Shown: positions 1-15,545 of the stretch, piece after piece
How positions within the stretch are numbered: the stretch's first letter is position 1
How the letters are laid out: every line of letters begins with the position of its first letter
The notes under the pieces: model-generated
Seen by the model: the letters and a program-made list of their open reading frames with translations, nothing else
The model's database searches: none
What the model was told of the DNA's origin: nothing
Position numbers and translations under genes: made by a program
DNA from: Eledone cirrhosa
Taxonomy: Eukaryota
Assembly: GCA_964016885.1 (NCBI GenBank)
Contig: OZ024742.1
Span: forward strand, 314,650,001 to 314,714,000
Reading direction: 5' to 3'
Length of the DNA stretch: 64,000 nucleotides

Positions 1-629
1 CTATATTTATGAGCTCGTAAATATAAATGCTTTGAAATGTGTTTATTTATAACGTCACTTTCTTAATGATTAACCTTAAAGACAACATCTACTGGGATGC
101 CATACCCTCAATAAGAAATGACCAGTTGTACTTAGCCTATAGGATTGAACTATCCATTAAACAAACATCTGAAAATATGCCATGCACGCTATACAATTAA
201 CGTGTTTTATCTAAACGATGTTATGGATTCATTCAATTTTTTTAGGTTTATTTACACAGTTGGATAAAACTTGAAGTCAATTAGGCTGCAATTTGAAACG
301 AGACCCTTTGTGGGGAACGAAAATACTTATGGGAATAACTGTTAATTCACATCCTTTGTTCTATCTGTAAATGCATACATCGTGTAGGTAATGCATGTTG
401 TTCCATGCCAAGCAGTATGCATTGGGGTACCATACTAAAAGTATAATATTTGCTTGAATATTACAGAAACTAAACATCACTTACACTATGTTACTGGTTC
501 TGTATTGTTAGATCTGTAAACAAATTAGAACCATATTACATAACAATAATGTAAACCCATCATAATTATAAAAGACTTGCGTCTCAGTTGACGAGGATTC
601 AAGACATATATACACATGTATGGGTGGAT

Positions 630-762
630 TGTTACGGAACTGATTCGCATCACGGGGTTAAGGGATCAGTCCCACTGCGCGAATCCTTGTGACTTATAGT
701 CATCCGAGGTGACAAATGGTTGTGACTGATATTTGGTATACGGGATCTTCAACGCCCGTTGA
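630..762 (+). mobile_element. Degenerate tRNA-derived SINE
   Basis: B-box-like 'gggatcagtcccactgcg' followed by 'ccttg...ttgtgactgatatttggta...cgcccg', ending in (TA)n. Resembles abundant octopus SINEs as I recall them. A similar decayed copy lies near 47520-47670. Confidence 0.4.
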
Positions 763-849
763 TTATATATATATATATGAAATGATGGTAATTTTTTCAA
801 AAAAAATGAAAAATGAATATGAAATGATGGTAATTGTACGAACTACTCA

Positions 850-1900
850 ACACCTTACAATTTTACAAGCATGACTTTGACAATGCCAGTGACTGCTTAA
901 CACTGATTCTGCCCAAATTTCAGGACATTCTAGATGATTTGGGGAGGGCTCCATCACAGATATCATAAACATTTACTTCAGCAAGGGCTTTAAGAGAGTC
1001 GATCACAGCATCCTGTTCAAGAAACTATCTAACATGGAGAATGTCTGAAATTGCTGCTGTGGATCGAGTGTTTGCTGTTAAACAGAACCCAATGTTGTGA
1101 TTGGTATATAATGAAGCTTGGCGAAAGTAATTAGGCATGCCACCCAATGCTCTGTGTTGGACCTACAGATCTTTATCATTTCCATTAATATCATACTAGA
1201 TGTAATCAAACACATCAAAATAAGATTCTTTGTAGTTAAATCTGAGACTTAAAAAATTATCAATGGGGATATATACGGGGAATGCATTCAATCGAATCTT
1301 CACATTGTTATAAAATTGACAAAACAAAATTCCGATGTGTTGCTAAACGAGGGTAAATTTGAGGTAATACACATTGGAACAGTGGAATTTCTTAATCAAC
1401 CATATTATATTCCCATGTCAATAATAACTGAAACTGGAGTGTCCACATTCACAACAAAGTCGACATATTCAGCAGGATGTGTTCCATGATACTTAGACAT
1501 TTCCTGTTCAAGGATACTCATTACATTCTCTCTCACATCACTACAGTTGCTCATCCCTACCTTCAATATAGACACTCGGTCTGGTCTCCTCACTCAAAAT
1601 AAAGTATTATGGAAATAATTCTGTATTGGAAACAACCCCAGATTTCAATTACAAAATAGACGATAAAACAGGCCATGGATAATAGGATCGACTCGAACGC
1701 TTTTCTCTCCAATGGCACCTTGAGCCCTTCATATCTATACGATATGAAAAGTTTACCAACAATAATACTCGAATGATGTCGGAATCAGCTTTATAATTCA
1801 CCCAAAACGTGTTCTACTCGCTATCTATCTCTTACAAATACATAACGACTAATTCACCTCAAATGATCCTCCACGAATCGATGAAATAAGTATTACACAC
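850..1900 (+). pseudogene. Decayed CR1/L2-clade LINE reverse transcriptase relic
   Basis: Manual translation gives DIINIYFSKGFKRVDHSILFKKL (~960-1030, cf. DVIYLDFSKAFDKVDH), LLLWIECLLLNRTQ, SVLDLQIFIISINIILDVIKHIKIRFF (cf. SVLGPLLFIIYIND...LFADD) and NEGKFEVIHIG. Many stops and frameshifts. Confidence 0.75.
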
Positions 1901-4829
1901 GGCTGAAATACGTAATGTTCTCTATATGTTTTTAAGTTGGGACCCTGCATCGCTGCAGTCTAATGACAAAGCATTACAATAGTACAAGTAAATAATTTAA
2001 TGAATACAGGAAGTGTGCAGGTGGGCTATCCAAGTAATATCTATGTTTATATTGAATATTATCAGATGAGCGTAATATTAATGATAACTTTCACACCTTA
2101 GAACAAACGAGGGCATATCCTAGCCACACAGAGCGTATGCTCCTGGATGCTAAATGTTGTTTAAATACAGTATATTACATACGTAGACATGTCTTTATTT
2201 ACGAGACATTAATTTATTCGATATTTTTATCTGATTTTTCTATACAAACATAACATAATGAAAAATAGGAATTGTATTACCGGTGATTTATTACTTTCAT
2301 CTTGAATAAATACTCTATATAAGATCATCATCACCATCATCATGATCATCATCGTCATCATCATCATCATCATGATCATCGTCACAACAGAATCAGTATC
2401 CATATCTTCATTATCATAAAACTCATCATCATACTTACCCTCATCATCGCCTTGTTCATCACTACTCTCTAAATCACTTTTCACTATTTATTTGCTTGAA
2501 CGATGCTCTCTTATTGCTATTACTTTCGCTGTATTTGTGTTCATGTGAACGTTTGTTCTGTTACATTTATTGGCGTCAGTATTATCATTATTTCTATTAG
2601 ATTTATTAATCTAGTAGAAGAATGAGTAAAGTTTTTACCATTTTCAGTTATCATCAATAGTCATATTTATCATTAGAGATTCTCTTCGTGCAGTCTCTTT
2701 TTAGAATGAAATCATCCTCATCCACATCATATATCATCAGTATAATAGCAATGAATATATACATATGTAAGCATCTCCACACCTGTTTCAGTTATCGCAC
2801 AGCTACTACGACGATATTTACATATGATACAGTTTTCATTACTTTTTTTATCTTATATCCCATGACATTGACATCAAAAGATCACTATATTTATGTGCAT
2901 GTAGAATATATTATAAGTAGTACAATATGAATAAAATAAGAAATAACATAGTCCGTCTTTGTCATATTTAATGCATTGAACCATGTTATTTATATCAAGG
3001 GTCTATATATGTATATATGTATATATTTGTTTGGGTGGGTGTGTGTGAGTGGTGTATGTATGCATATGCATTTATTTGAAATCACACATTTCATCGGGGT
3101 TTTCGATATATATATATATCCTCATCTTTGTAATTTATATCTCATAGTTTATCCTCTAATATTATTTTTTTTTTAGTAATGTAGAGTAATTAAATTAGTG
3201 AATGTATTTATAAGTATAAATGTATACATCCTATTGGGAAATGGCTCTCTTATATATCTCAAGGACTGAAGTAGACATCTTTTTGTGCGAATGATATACA
3301 TGTTGAACTATAGAAAATTAATAAACAACATTCTTTGAATAAGTAAGCAGTAATCCAAAGTAAAGCTTAGCATTTTTAAATGAAACTGCAATACTAAATG
3401 TGAAGAAGACTATATGGCAAGAAAGATGCATTTGGCTACCGAAAATATAGAAGTAATTGTGAAGTACATTCACCAGGTCATTTACCATCAAATGGATAAC
3501 AATTGACATAACATTTTCTGGAACAATGAAAGAAAACATTGGAATATATTTTGACACAGTAAGTATTAATACCAGACCGTATCAATATGGTGTCCCTAAT
3601 TGATAAATTTAGTGATATCTTTAGTTTAGCCACAATCGATTTACTTGAATACCGTACAATCTGTCTTACTGTACCTAGCTCGATTTGGAAATGAAACGTA
3701 TTTCATGTTAGTGCTAGTAACATTATGAGATAAATCCAGCCCACTAAACCCTCTACATAGAAGCATCATGAGAAGCACTAATTACTATAAATCGTATTCT
3801 TTATCCATGGAGGTTGTTCTGTACTGTATGAAATCAGAAAATATATGTATAGTAAATATGTTTTAAAATGCATTCTCAAATTTCAATAAGCATTTCTTCG
3901 TAATACAGAAATAACTAATGACATTTTATTCCAATATGATTCATATAAGACGCAGAGTTTCGTCTCAATAGATCTGGTATAATTTATTTATACCTGAGTT
4001 TCAGACCATATAAATGCATTTCGTAATTTATAGGAGGAGCTAGTTGCAATGTTATGAGAACAATATATCCTATATGAATCATTGTTAGCTACATGTTTTA
4101 AATTGTATTAGAAACGATAGGTACAATGCAATGAGAAAAAGAAATAATTGAGTGAAAACGGGAGTAAATCAAAACAAAACGACATTTTCCCCTTTTTCCC
4201 TTATATTTGTCATATTTGAAATATGTTATTTAGATGTGTCATACATTGTTCCTCTTTTCACTCATTTATAACTTGCATTGTACTGGCTTTTAACTAACAA
4301 GTTTTATCTTTACATTGTTAATGAACAAAAGACTTATGAAAACTAAATCAAAACAATTCCGGTGACCTGAATGTCCCATACAATGACATAGACATATCGG
4401 TTTTAAGATATATATTCGATACTCATATATATCTCTACTTATCTAATTCTGAATGTCTGTAAACGAACAAAATCTACGTTATAATGACACGCAATATTCA
4501 AATATATTACTCCAATAGATCACTAGACATACATAAACTGCATACACTCACAAAAACACACGCATACAAAGTACAAATAATGACTTTTATAATAAGTAAT
4601 GTAACCATGTAAAATTCTAATTTGCTCTGTCCATTGCATATATTTTTGAAAAGATACAAGGAATTAGATAGATGGAATTATCCATATTAATTCATAATAT
4701 TCTATTTAAATTTTGCCTTGATTTATTATTACAATATGGTTATTCTAAATATGATTATTAATATTTCAATATTACGAAGATTATGTTAAATTATATTAAT
4801 AATATTGATTAATAATTATAATTATAATA

Positions 4830-4912
<83 letters not shown>
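4830..4912. repeat. (GATA)n microsatellite
   Basis: Perfect tetranucleotide run seen directly. Confidence 0.98.
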
Positions 4913-5615
4913 TTTATATGATTGGATACATAGATATATTATCAGTCGCACTAACATAGTATGATTGATAATAGAGGCGTATATGAAAGTATATAGAACA
5001 CTTTTACGTATAAAGATCGCACTACCGAACATGTTTATGTAATAAGTCATAGTATGAGTGTTTTAATCCATGAGTATGTCACAGCTATCTCAGCAAACGT
5101 GTGAGAACACCATACATTAGTGTTTTAAATTCTGAATCACCTCCTGTGTCGGTAAGACGTAAAATAATATATCGCTTATGAATATTTTACGTATGAAACA
5201 CTGCTGGAGATGTTCATATGCATATGACGCTTGACAGGCTGGCATTAATTAGTTGTCGCACTAATATAGCCTCATTCATAATGTAGTTGTATATTATGTA
5301 TACATAATATGTCTATATACAATAAACAAGTATTACCCTGTTGCATATGCATCTATTATACGCTATTATGACCAGCTCGTTACGCGCGTATTAAATTAAA
5401 ATAAGCCTTTATTTCATTGTACCATACGCGAAATTTGTATAAGCAATAGCTTATTTAGCCTCAGTTCCCAAAGGTAGATTTACATATCGAAACACTACTA
5501 CTTAGAGTTTGTATAGGTTTTATGAAATAGATTTCACATGATCACAGCTTGAAATATTCATAGGGAGAATTTCTGCCATCATATATAAACATATTGCATA
5601 TGATTTCATATATGC

Positions 5616-5655
<40 letters not shown>

Positions 5656-5657
<2 letters not shown>

Positions 5658-5819
5658 AGCTGCATTTATCTTGCTTTATGTTCATACGAGTTATCACCAA
5701 GTCACAACCAGTGACCTCAAGAGACAACAAGGTCCGCCATGTTCAAGAAAGAACATACATACTCACACATGCATCTTTAGGTGTTTAGACTTGTGATGTA
5801 CTTATATTGACAGAATCTT
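5656..5819 (-). mobile_element. 5'-truncated 3' end (last codons + 3'UTR) of R4/Dong family B, in TAA repeat
   Basis: Reverse complement closely matches 63257-63420 (aagattctgtcaatataagtacatcacaagtctaaacacctaaagatgcatg...aaatgca). Flanked by (TTA)n on both sides. Confidence 0.93.
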
Positions 5820-5826
5820 ATTAATC

Positions 5827-5873
<47 letters not shown>

Positions 5874-5874
<1 letters not shown>

Positions 5875-6081
5875 TTTGAGTCTCAGTCATTGATGTTAGT
5901 TAACTGGAAAGTTTGTTGAAATGAATATCAAGCCACTACCTTCAGCCTCAGATTTTCAGGACGTATCGGAGGGTTCTTGCTGTTCCCAGCAAGCATGCCT
6001 TTTGAAGCGTTCCAAAACGCGTGAAGGGGCCAATTTTCTTTAACCATCCCTGGAAACTTTTTGAGATAGTCCCTAGTGCGC
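5874..6081 (-). mobile_element. 5'-truncated 3' end of R4/Dong family A, in TAA repeat
   Basis: Reverse complement encodes ALGTISKSFQGWLKKIGPFTRFGTLQKACLLGTARTLRYVLKI*, then a short 3'UTR and (TAA)n. Its first ~55 nt match 62318-62372. Confidence 0.92.
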
Positions 6082-6220
6082 GTTATTATTATTATTATTT
6101 TTATTATTATTACTATTATTATTATTATTTTTATTATTGTTGTTGTTGTTGATGTTGCTGTTGTTGATGTTGTTGGTGTTGTTATTATTATTATTATTAT
6201 TATTGTCGTTGTTATTGTTG

Positions 6221-6293
6221 GTGTCTCAGTCATTCTTATTTAACTGGAAAGATTGTTCAAATAAAAATAAAGCCTCTACTTGCAGCCTCAGAT
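6221..6293 (-). mobile_element. Diverged 3'UTR-only copy related to R4 family A
   Basis: gtctcagtcatt...taactggaaag...aagcctctacttgcagcctcagat aligns with 5880-5953. Flanked by TTA/TTG repeats. Confidence 0.8.
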
Positions 6294-6329
6294 ATTATTA
6301 TTATTGTTTTGTTGTTGTCGTTGTTGTTG

Positions 6330-6358
6330 TTGTATATATATATATATGTGTGTGTATG

Positions 6359-6454
<96 letters not shown>

Positions 6455-6465
6455 TGAGTGTTTGT
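6330..6465. repeat. (TA)n-(TG)n microsatellite
   Basis: Seen directly. Confidence 0.97.
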
Positions 6466-6713
6466 GTGAATTTGGCTATGTTTGGGGAATATTTCCTGTT
6501 TGTTATTAAACTATATTTCCAACACAATATTATATTACAGGGCTTTGCAGTGGGAATGAACTTCTATCAACTCAGGCTATCTTCGTAATTTCAAGACGAA
6601 ATTCCTTTGGTGCTATCAGATCGTGAAAAGCTACGAAAAGGTGAATTCTTATTACATGAATTACTCCAATACACACACATATACATGTATGTATATATAT
6701 ATACACACACATA

Positions 6714-6754
<41 letters not shown>

Positions 6755-8039
6755 CAATATATATATATATATATATATGACAATATATACGTATATATTC
6801 ATATATATGTGTATATATATATATATACATTTTCATATATCTGTAGTAAATTTGGAATTTGATTTATGTAGTATATTGTTAAAATCTGTATATGAAACTA
6901 TTAATATCATCCTTATATATCATAGTATTTATTTGTGCATGAAATGTATAATAATATATTACTTTTAAAATGTCTGACGATTTCGCATTCAACATCTTCA
7001 CAATCAAATGTATAACATAATCGTCTTCGCTCTCTCCATCATCATCATTATCATCATCATCATCATCATAATATTAATTGTCATCTTCGTTCTTATAAGC
7101 ATCAGCATGGGTATTATCATATTAATATTATCATCACCATCATTGGTCATTATTCTGGTGATCGTCATTAAATTCTTCATCAGTGACATCATCAATGTAT
7201 TCGACAACAACACCTATAGTTACAACGTTTGAGGCAACAAATAACAAAACAAAAGGAAAATAATAATGTATTACATACATCATGCTGCTTAGAATATATT
7301 TACCTGTAATGCTCGTGATATTTGGCACAAATACGTAGCAGACATTATTACGTGCACAAATTTGCCAGAACGATTGTAATCATTGTCGAAAAACACAGGT
7401 TTCATAATAAATCTTTAACAAAAATCTCACTTAATGCTTTTAGTATTCGGATAGTTTGATACCCTACTTGTATTGCCGCAAATATTACTGTGACGTGTAT
7501 TTTAAATATTTACCGTCATTCATTTTACCATGGTCGAATAACAGGAAAACAATTAAAAGAAAACAAAAAAAAACATTAATTTCGTCCACTAAACTATTGA
7601 CAAATTCCATTAAATATGATGTCATAGTTGAGTGATTGATAGACATTAATATTATAAATTCAACAGGTTTAACAGCATTAAAAAATCATTTTCTCAAGTA
7701 AGTAAAAATAATAATGAAAATGATTAAAAAAATCAAAATCAATATATTTGTTATTTTTTCTTATTATTATTAAAGTAAAAACAAACCCAGAATATATAAA
7801 AAATACAGAATGTGTTCCTATATTTAACAGCAAAGTAGAAGTAAAATGGAAATCAAAATAAATCGAAAGAAACACCGAGTGAATGAATCGACATGAAACA
7901 CATCATTGCTTCATTTGATAAACTGAAGTTAACACAGCACATTTATGATCACAGTATTGGGTCATTTCATTAAGCTCACAAACAAACAAAATCATGCACA
8001 CACACATATACATACATACGCGCACATTCACACGGACAC

Positions 8040-8160
8040 ATATATATGAATATATACGTATATATATGTATATATATGTATATATGTATATATGTATATA
8101 TGTATATATGTATATATGTATATATATATATACGTATATATATGTATATATGTATATATA

Positions 8161-8210
<50 letters not shown>

Positions 8211-8283
8211 TATATATATTTATATATATAAATAAGTATATATATATATATACAAACATATGTATATTTTTTTTATATAAACA

Positions 8284-8322
<39 letters not shown>

Positions 8323-8374
8323 GTATATATATTTATATATATAAATAAGTATATATATATATATATATAAATAA

Positions 8375-8420
<46 letters not shown>
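8040..8420. repeat. Compound (TA)n/(TATATG)n microsatellite
   Basis: Seen directly. Confidence 0.97.
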
Positions 8421-8421
<1 letters not shown>

Positions 8422-9004
8422 ATCATATACAAGTTAGTACGTAGACATCTGGAACCCTATAAATGTTTCCATATATGTATGCAATACATAAGATTAAAGG
8501 TAATATCACAAATATGGTTTGAAGATACAAAGTGAACAAACACATTCGCAACTTCTGAAGCATCAAAAATTTTTCAAGGCCACTCTAACACAGGTATTTT
8601 ACATATGTTACATTTCTGATCCGCTCGTCTTACATATACATGGCCGAATAGAGACTATTTGATCTATAGCGACCAAAGATAATGTCAACATGATGCACGT
8701 CAGATTGTAGAAGTTTTCCTATCGTTGTCTTTTCTTAGAAAATGGTAATGAATCATTCAATAGAAAATAAACAAAAGTGTAAGAAAACACAAATTAAAAA
8801 ATATATAACAAATTGATCTCTCTCTACTCTCAAGAGTATGCATGATTTAATGTATCGTCATATGTATGTATCTATTTGAAACAGAGCCCCATCAGTATAC
8901 ATTGCATTGCATTGCATATAATTATCTAAATTCCAACGCCATGCCTTGTACAATGCAGATAAGTACTCCAGCACGTTACATTTAATTTACGTTTTACATA
9001 CCTG

Positions 9005-10105
<1,101 letters not shown>

Positions 10106-10621
10106 TACAGAAATCGGCTATTAAAACTTAAACTCTATCCTATCATATGCAGTGAAAGCTAACATTAATATGGAGAATATTCCAGTAATATTGCCCGAAA
10201 GATGCTGGCATGGACTCTAAATATCGGCCCCAGTTTGGCCCCGGCACCTGAATTCCCCTCGGAAAATCGAACTCATATCATATAACAAAATTACTTCAGA
10301 AATATTTCGCCACGACTGGCTTTGCTTTGTTCAATATGATATCGAAAGAAATCAAGGAAGATAAAGTTCCCATAAGTTTCAAACGGCACTTCCTTCAAAC
10401 TTCAAGTAATACCTGATTAAACTACCAGCAAACGTATATGAATCCGGTAAAATGTACTTCTTGTTTTCGGTGGGTATTCCAAATTATGATATAGGGATAT
10501 ATTGAAATATGGCTCAAAAGAATACGCCAGGTTTCGCTGTTAATTTAAACATGCCCTAGGCCAATACTGGTTAAATTCAATCGAAATGTAGATGACTATA
10601 TATATATATATATATATATAC

Positions 10622-10674
<53 letters not shown>

Positions 10675-10735
10675 TGTGGGTGTGTGTGTGTGTGTGTGTG
10701 CGTGTGTGTGTGCGTGTGTGTGTGCGTGTGTGTGT

Positions 10736-10838
10736 ACTGCTGAAGAAGGTCCAAAGCCTGACACGACGAACACTCTTCCCCTTTTCCATATAAACTAATA
10801 ATACTTTTTGTACCTCTGTCTGTTGTCTACCTCAACTA
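10736..10838 (+). mobile_element. Short probable Penelope-like 3' fragment with degenerate hammerhead core
   Basis: CTGAAGA-AGG-tccaaag-CCT-GACAC (one mismatch to GAAAC) at 10740-10764, between (TG)n and (CA)n runs. Confidence 0.4.
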
Positions 10839-10863
10839 CACACACACACACATATATATATAC

Positions 10864-10952
<89 letters not shown>

Positions 10953-10958
<6 letters not shown>

Positions 10959-11148
10959 TATTGATGTTCATACACGGACAAATGCGGTGTTTAGGTTTCA
11001 AGTCCCAATATTGACCATATAAGTTCCTAAACATTAGATCACAATTTTGATCCCTTTTATAATCTGGAAATATAGTCAATATTGGGACTTGAATCCTTAT
11101 GTAGCATATTTGATCCGTCTATATGCATCGATAAATAATAGAATATAT
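10953..11148. repeat. Degenerate fold-back (old MITE or Penelope-like fold-back)
   Basis: ttcaagtcccaatattgac (~10997) and gtcaatattgggacttgaa (~11075) are inverted copies, and weaker similarity extends outward. Follows (TA)n. Confidence 0.65.
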
Positions 11149-11256
11149 CAGCTCTCATATCAGATTGAGAAGTGTATTCCTTTTTCCTGTTTCACACCTG
11201 CGGATATTGTCTACATGCATACACAGACACACACTCACATGCGCGCACACACACAT

Positions 11257-11304
<48 letters not shown>

Positions 11305-11308
<4 letters not shown>

Positions 11309-11523
11309 TGTTTTACTTTGGGAGGGTCATGTTGCCAATAAGAAACACACGCACCAGATGCTTTCACTCCAATTTATTTTAAATTAAATTTATAATAAAT
11401 TGGAGTGAAAGCAACTGGTGCGTGTGTTTCTTATTGGCACCAGGACCCTCCCAAAGTATAACAATATCGGTTTCAACACACGTTTTCAGATAAAGAATCT
11501 TGCTAAACAAATTCAGAAACGAA
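11305..11523 (+). mobile_element. Fold-back element: ~75-bp inverted arms + ~55-bp unpaired tail in (TA)n (probable Penelope-like end)
   Basis: 11305-11380 is the reverse complement of ~11392-11467 with a few mismatches. Tail 11468-11523. TA runs on both sides. Confidence 0.7.
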
Positions 11524-12483
11524 ATATATATATATATATGTGTGTGTGTGTTTGTATATATATATTGAGCGACATGTACACATGCGAGTTCCTGTGAGGG
11601 TGTGTGCGTGGGTGTGTGGAATGTGAATAAATAATCTCCGTATATTTTCACCAATATGAACAATTGAATCTAATAGCATAATAATTGTAAAATAATATAA
11701 ACAGTGCCACTTACATTGCCTAATATTTACTTAAATATGTCGACATGTAGATATATGTATGCCTTTATATTACACTATAAAAATGAAGAAATAATGCATT
11801 CGTAGATATATGTCAGAAACACTAGTATGTAAATGATACAGAATCATATCTTGTTTTCATGTTTATATTTATATATAGATTGAGAGACAGACATAGAAAT
11901 AGAGAGATCGATAGATAGATAAATCGAGGGATATGCATACATACATGTTGATGCATATAGAAATACTCATAAGGGAAGAGAGACCAGTACATAAACAATA
12001 ACAGACATGATGAAAAAAGTGTTTACATATTTTATAATATGAGAAACGTTAACAAAAATAGTGAAGTTAGTGTTTAAAAGAACATCATAAGATCAAACCG
12101 TTAATAAATTCTACTATTTTACATTAGTTATGTTTATATTTTTCTCTTTTTTATTATACTTAATTTCTTGCGTATGGAATTGGCTACACAAAAAACGATT
12201 TATAGTTTAGGTGGATGCAGTAGATAGTTTATATATTTTGATAGGATAGAGTGATATAATATGGGAGATTTAGAGAAAGATGGAAACCAATATTATGCAA
12301 AGGCTCAATGATAATGAATACATAGCGAAAGATTATTATGATGGAAGAGTGTTTCCAATCAGCCAGACTCCATGTTGCCTGCTACATGTGTTCCATTTCC
12401 CCCACTTAGTGTTTATTGTGTATTGATGTATATGTATATATACTATGTATGTGTGGCCCGTGCATAAATGGCATTGATACACT

Positions 12484-13790
<1,307 letters not shown>

Positions 13791-14002
13791 AAGATAGATA
13801 GCTAGATAGATATAGGTATAGATATATGCATATCTTGTATAAAAAAAATCAATGAATGAAAAATATATAAAAAGTTATAACTAGTGCTCAGCAGAAAAGG
13901 GCGAATATTATTGTAGTCTCTATTGCTTGCACTAGTTTCACTAGTTTAGCGTGTTCTTTGATTGCGCTCAAGCAGACGTTGGCCTCAGCTTCATTGCTGA
14001 TA

Positions 14003-14232
14003 TTATAGTTTGGATTGACTGCTGTTACTTTCAATATCCTCAAGATCCTTATGAGACACAATATCCGAGCTCTTCTTATCCTCTTCAATTCCGACTTGTA
14101 CGTCTGGTGGAGGCTTGTGATTTTCCCGAATCAATGTCGAAACTGACTCTTTGGATGCTTTCCTGCTATTCGGTGTATCTAAGGAACTGCTGAACGCCTT
14201 CAAGCGAGTTTTCTTGCTGCTTTTCGGTTCAA
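14003..14232 (-). CDS. Probable terminal coding exon of an unidentified host gene (S/K/E/D-rich C-terminal tail)
   Basis: Minus-strand acceptor tctgattttatttcag|TTGAACCG, then an open phase-1 frame xEPKSSKKTRLKAFSSSLDTPNSRKASKESVSTLIRENHKPPPDVQVGIEEDKKSSDIVSHKDLEDIESNSSQSKL*. Higher GC than the flanks, non-repetitive, no TE motif recognised. Confidence 0.5.
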
Positions 14233-15420
14233 CTGAAATAAAATCAGAGTATATTATGTTATTTATTTTAGCATTATAAATCAATTAAGAATATATAATT
14301 ATCTTACAGTAAACATTTACATAACTAAATACATATAAAAATGAAATATTAAATAATATATATAACAATAAATTATAAAAATTTATTAAAATGTTTCTTG
14401 AAATAAATATTTGAAAATTGATTTCATAGAAAAAGGAAATTATTTACATAATATATTACAAGTTCTGTTAATAGATTTATATTGTTTTAAATGAAACTTT
14501 AAAATAACATTAGTACTGCACGATTTCATAAAAAAAAAAGATTTATTCATTCAATTAAAATGTTAAGGCATATTCAACGAAACATCAATGTAGTTTCCAG
14601 GGAATACATGACACTAAAACGTAAAACAGAATGTCAAAATATATTAAGAAAACATATAAACAAACATATACATGACATAGTATTATTATTTCCTAAACAA
14701 GTATGAACTATATTATGAAAGAATGTGCCATGAATATTTAGCGACAAATTGTCAGGAATTTATGATAAACATCAATGAATATAATGAAAGTATTTTGACT
14801 TCAATTAAATAAATATGTTTCAAATAGGTTGTACGGAACGTATTGGTGGGCACGTAGAATATAAGGAACTCTATATCTGAAATATTATTTTATCCTGCTT
14901 CGCAATCGTCGAATCTTATTTATTCATATATATATGGATCAGAAGAAAGGGAATGGGGCAAAAATATATTGGCGACAAAATCTACATACTCGGCTAGACA
15001 GCATTTTTCAGAGGTTGCTCGCGAAAACCTTGAAGCAGAGTAAAGCCAATGTCACCTGCCGCATCAACCTTACCATTTGTGTAATTTTTAAGAGTATTGA
15101 TTTGTTGTTGGATTGGTTTAGGGGAAGGGGTTGTTCTTAGACATCACATGCATTCGAATATCGTCGAGATTGACCGTGTTAATGATCCCCTGTAATAATT
15201 GCAATAGATGAAGTTTAGATACGAAATGTTAAGGAAAGAATGCTGGTATCATACTTATCGGTGGGAGGAGGGGTGGTGCGTTGTTGTGGTTAATGACAAG
15301 TACATGGGTGATATAAGTATGAAAGTGCATGAGGGGCAAACGTAAATTTGAGAAACAAAACTTAACAAAAAATTGTGTGAAAGCAAGCTGTTCATCAGAA
15401 CATGCCACCTTTGCTTTATA

Positions 15421-15545
<125 letters not shown>

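Noticed and set aside
2227-2484. Acidic/poly-Met ORF (similar cases at 7004-7232, 26262-26606 and 50163-50694)
   Set aside because: Products of CAT/GAT/AAT trinucleotide repeats.
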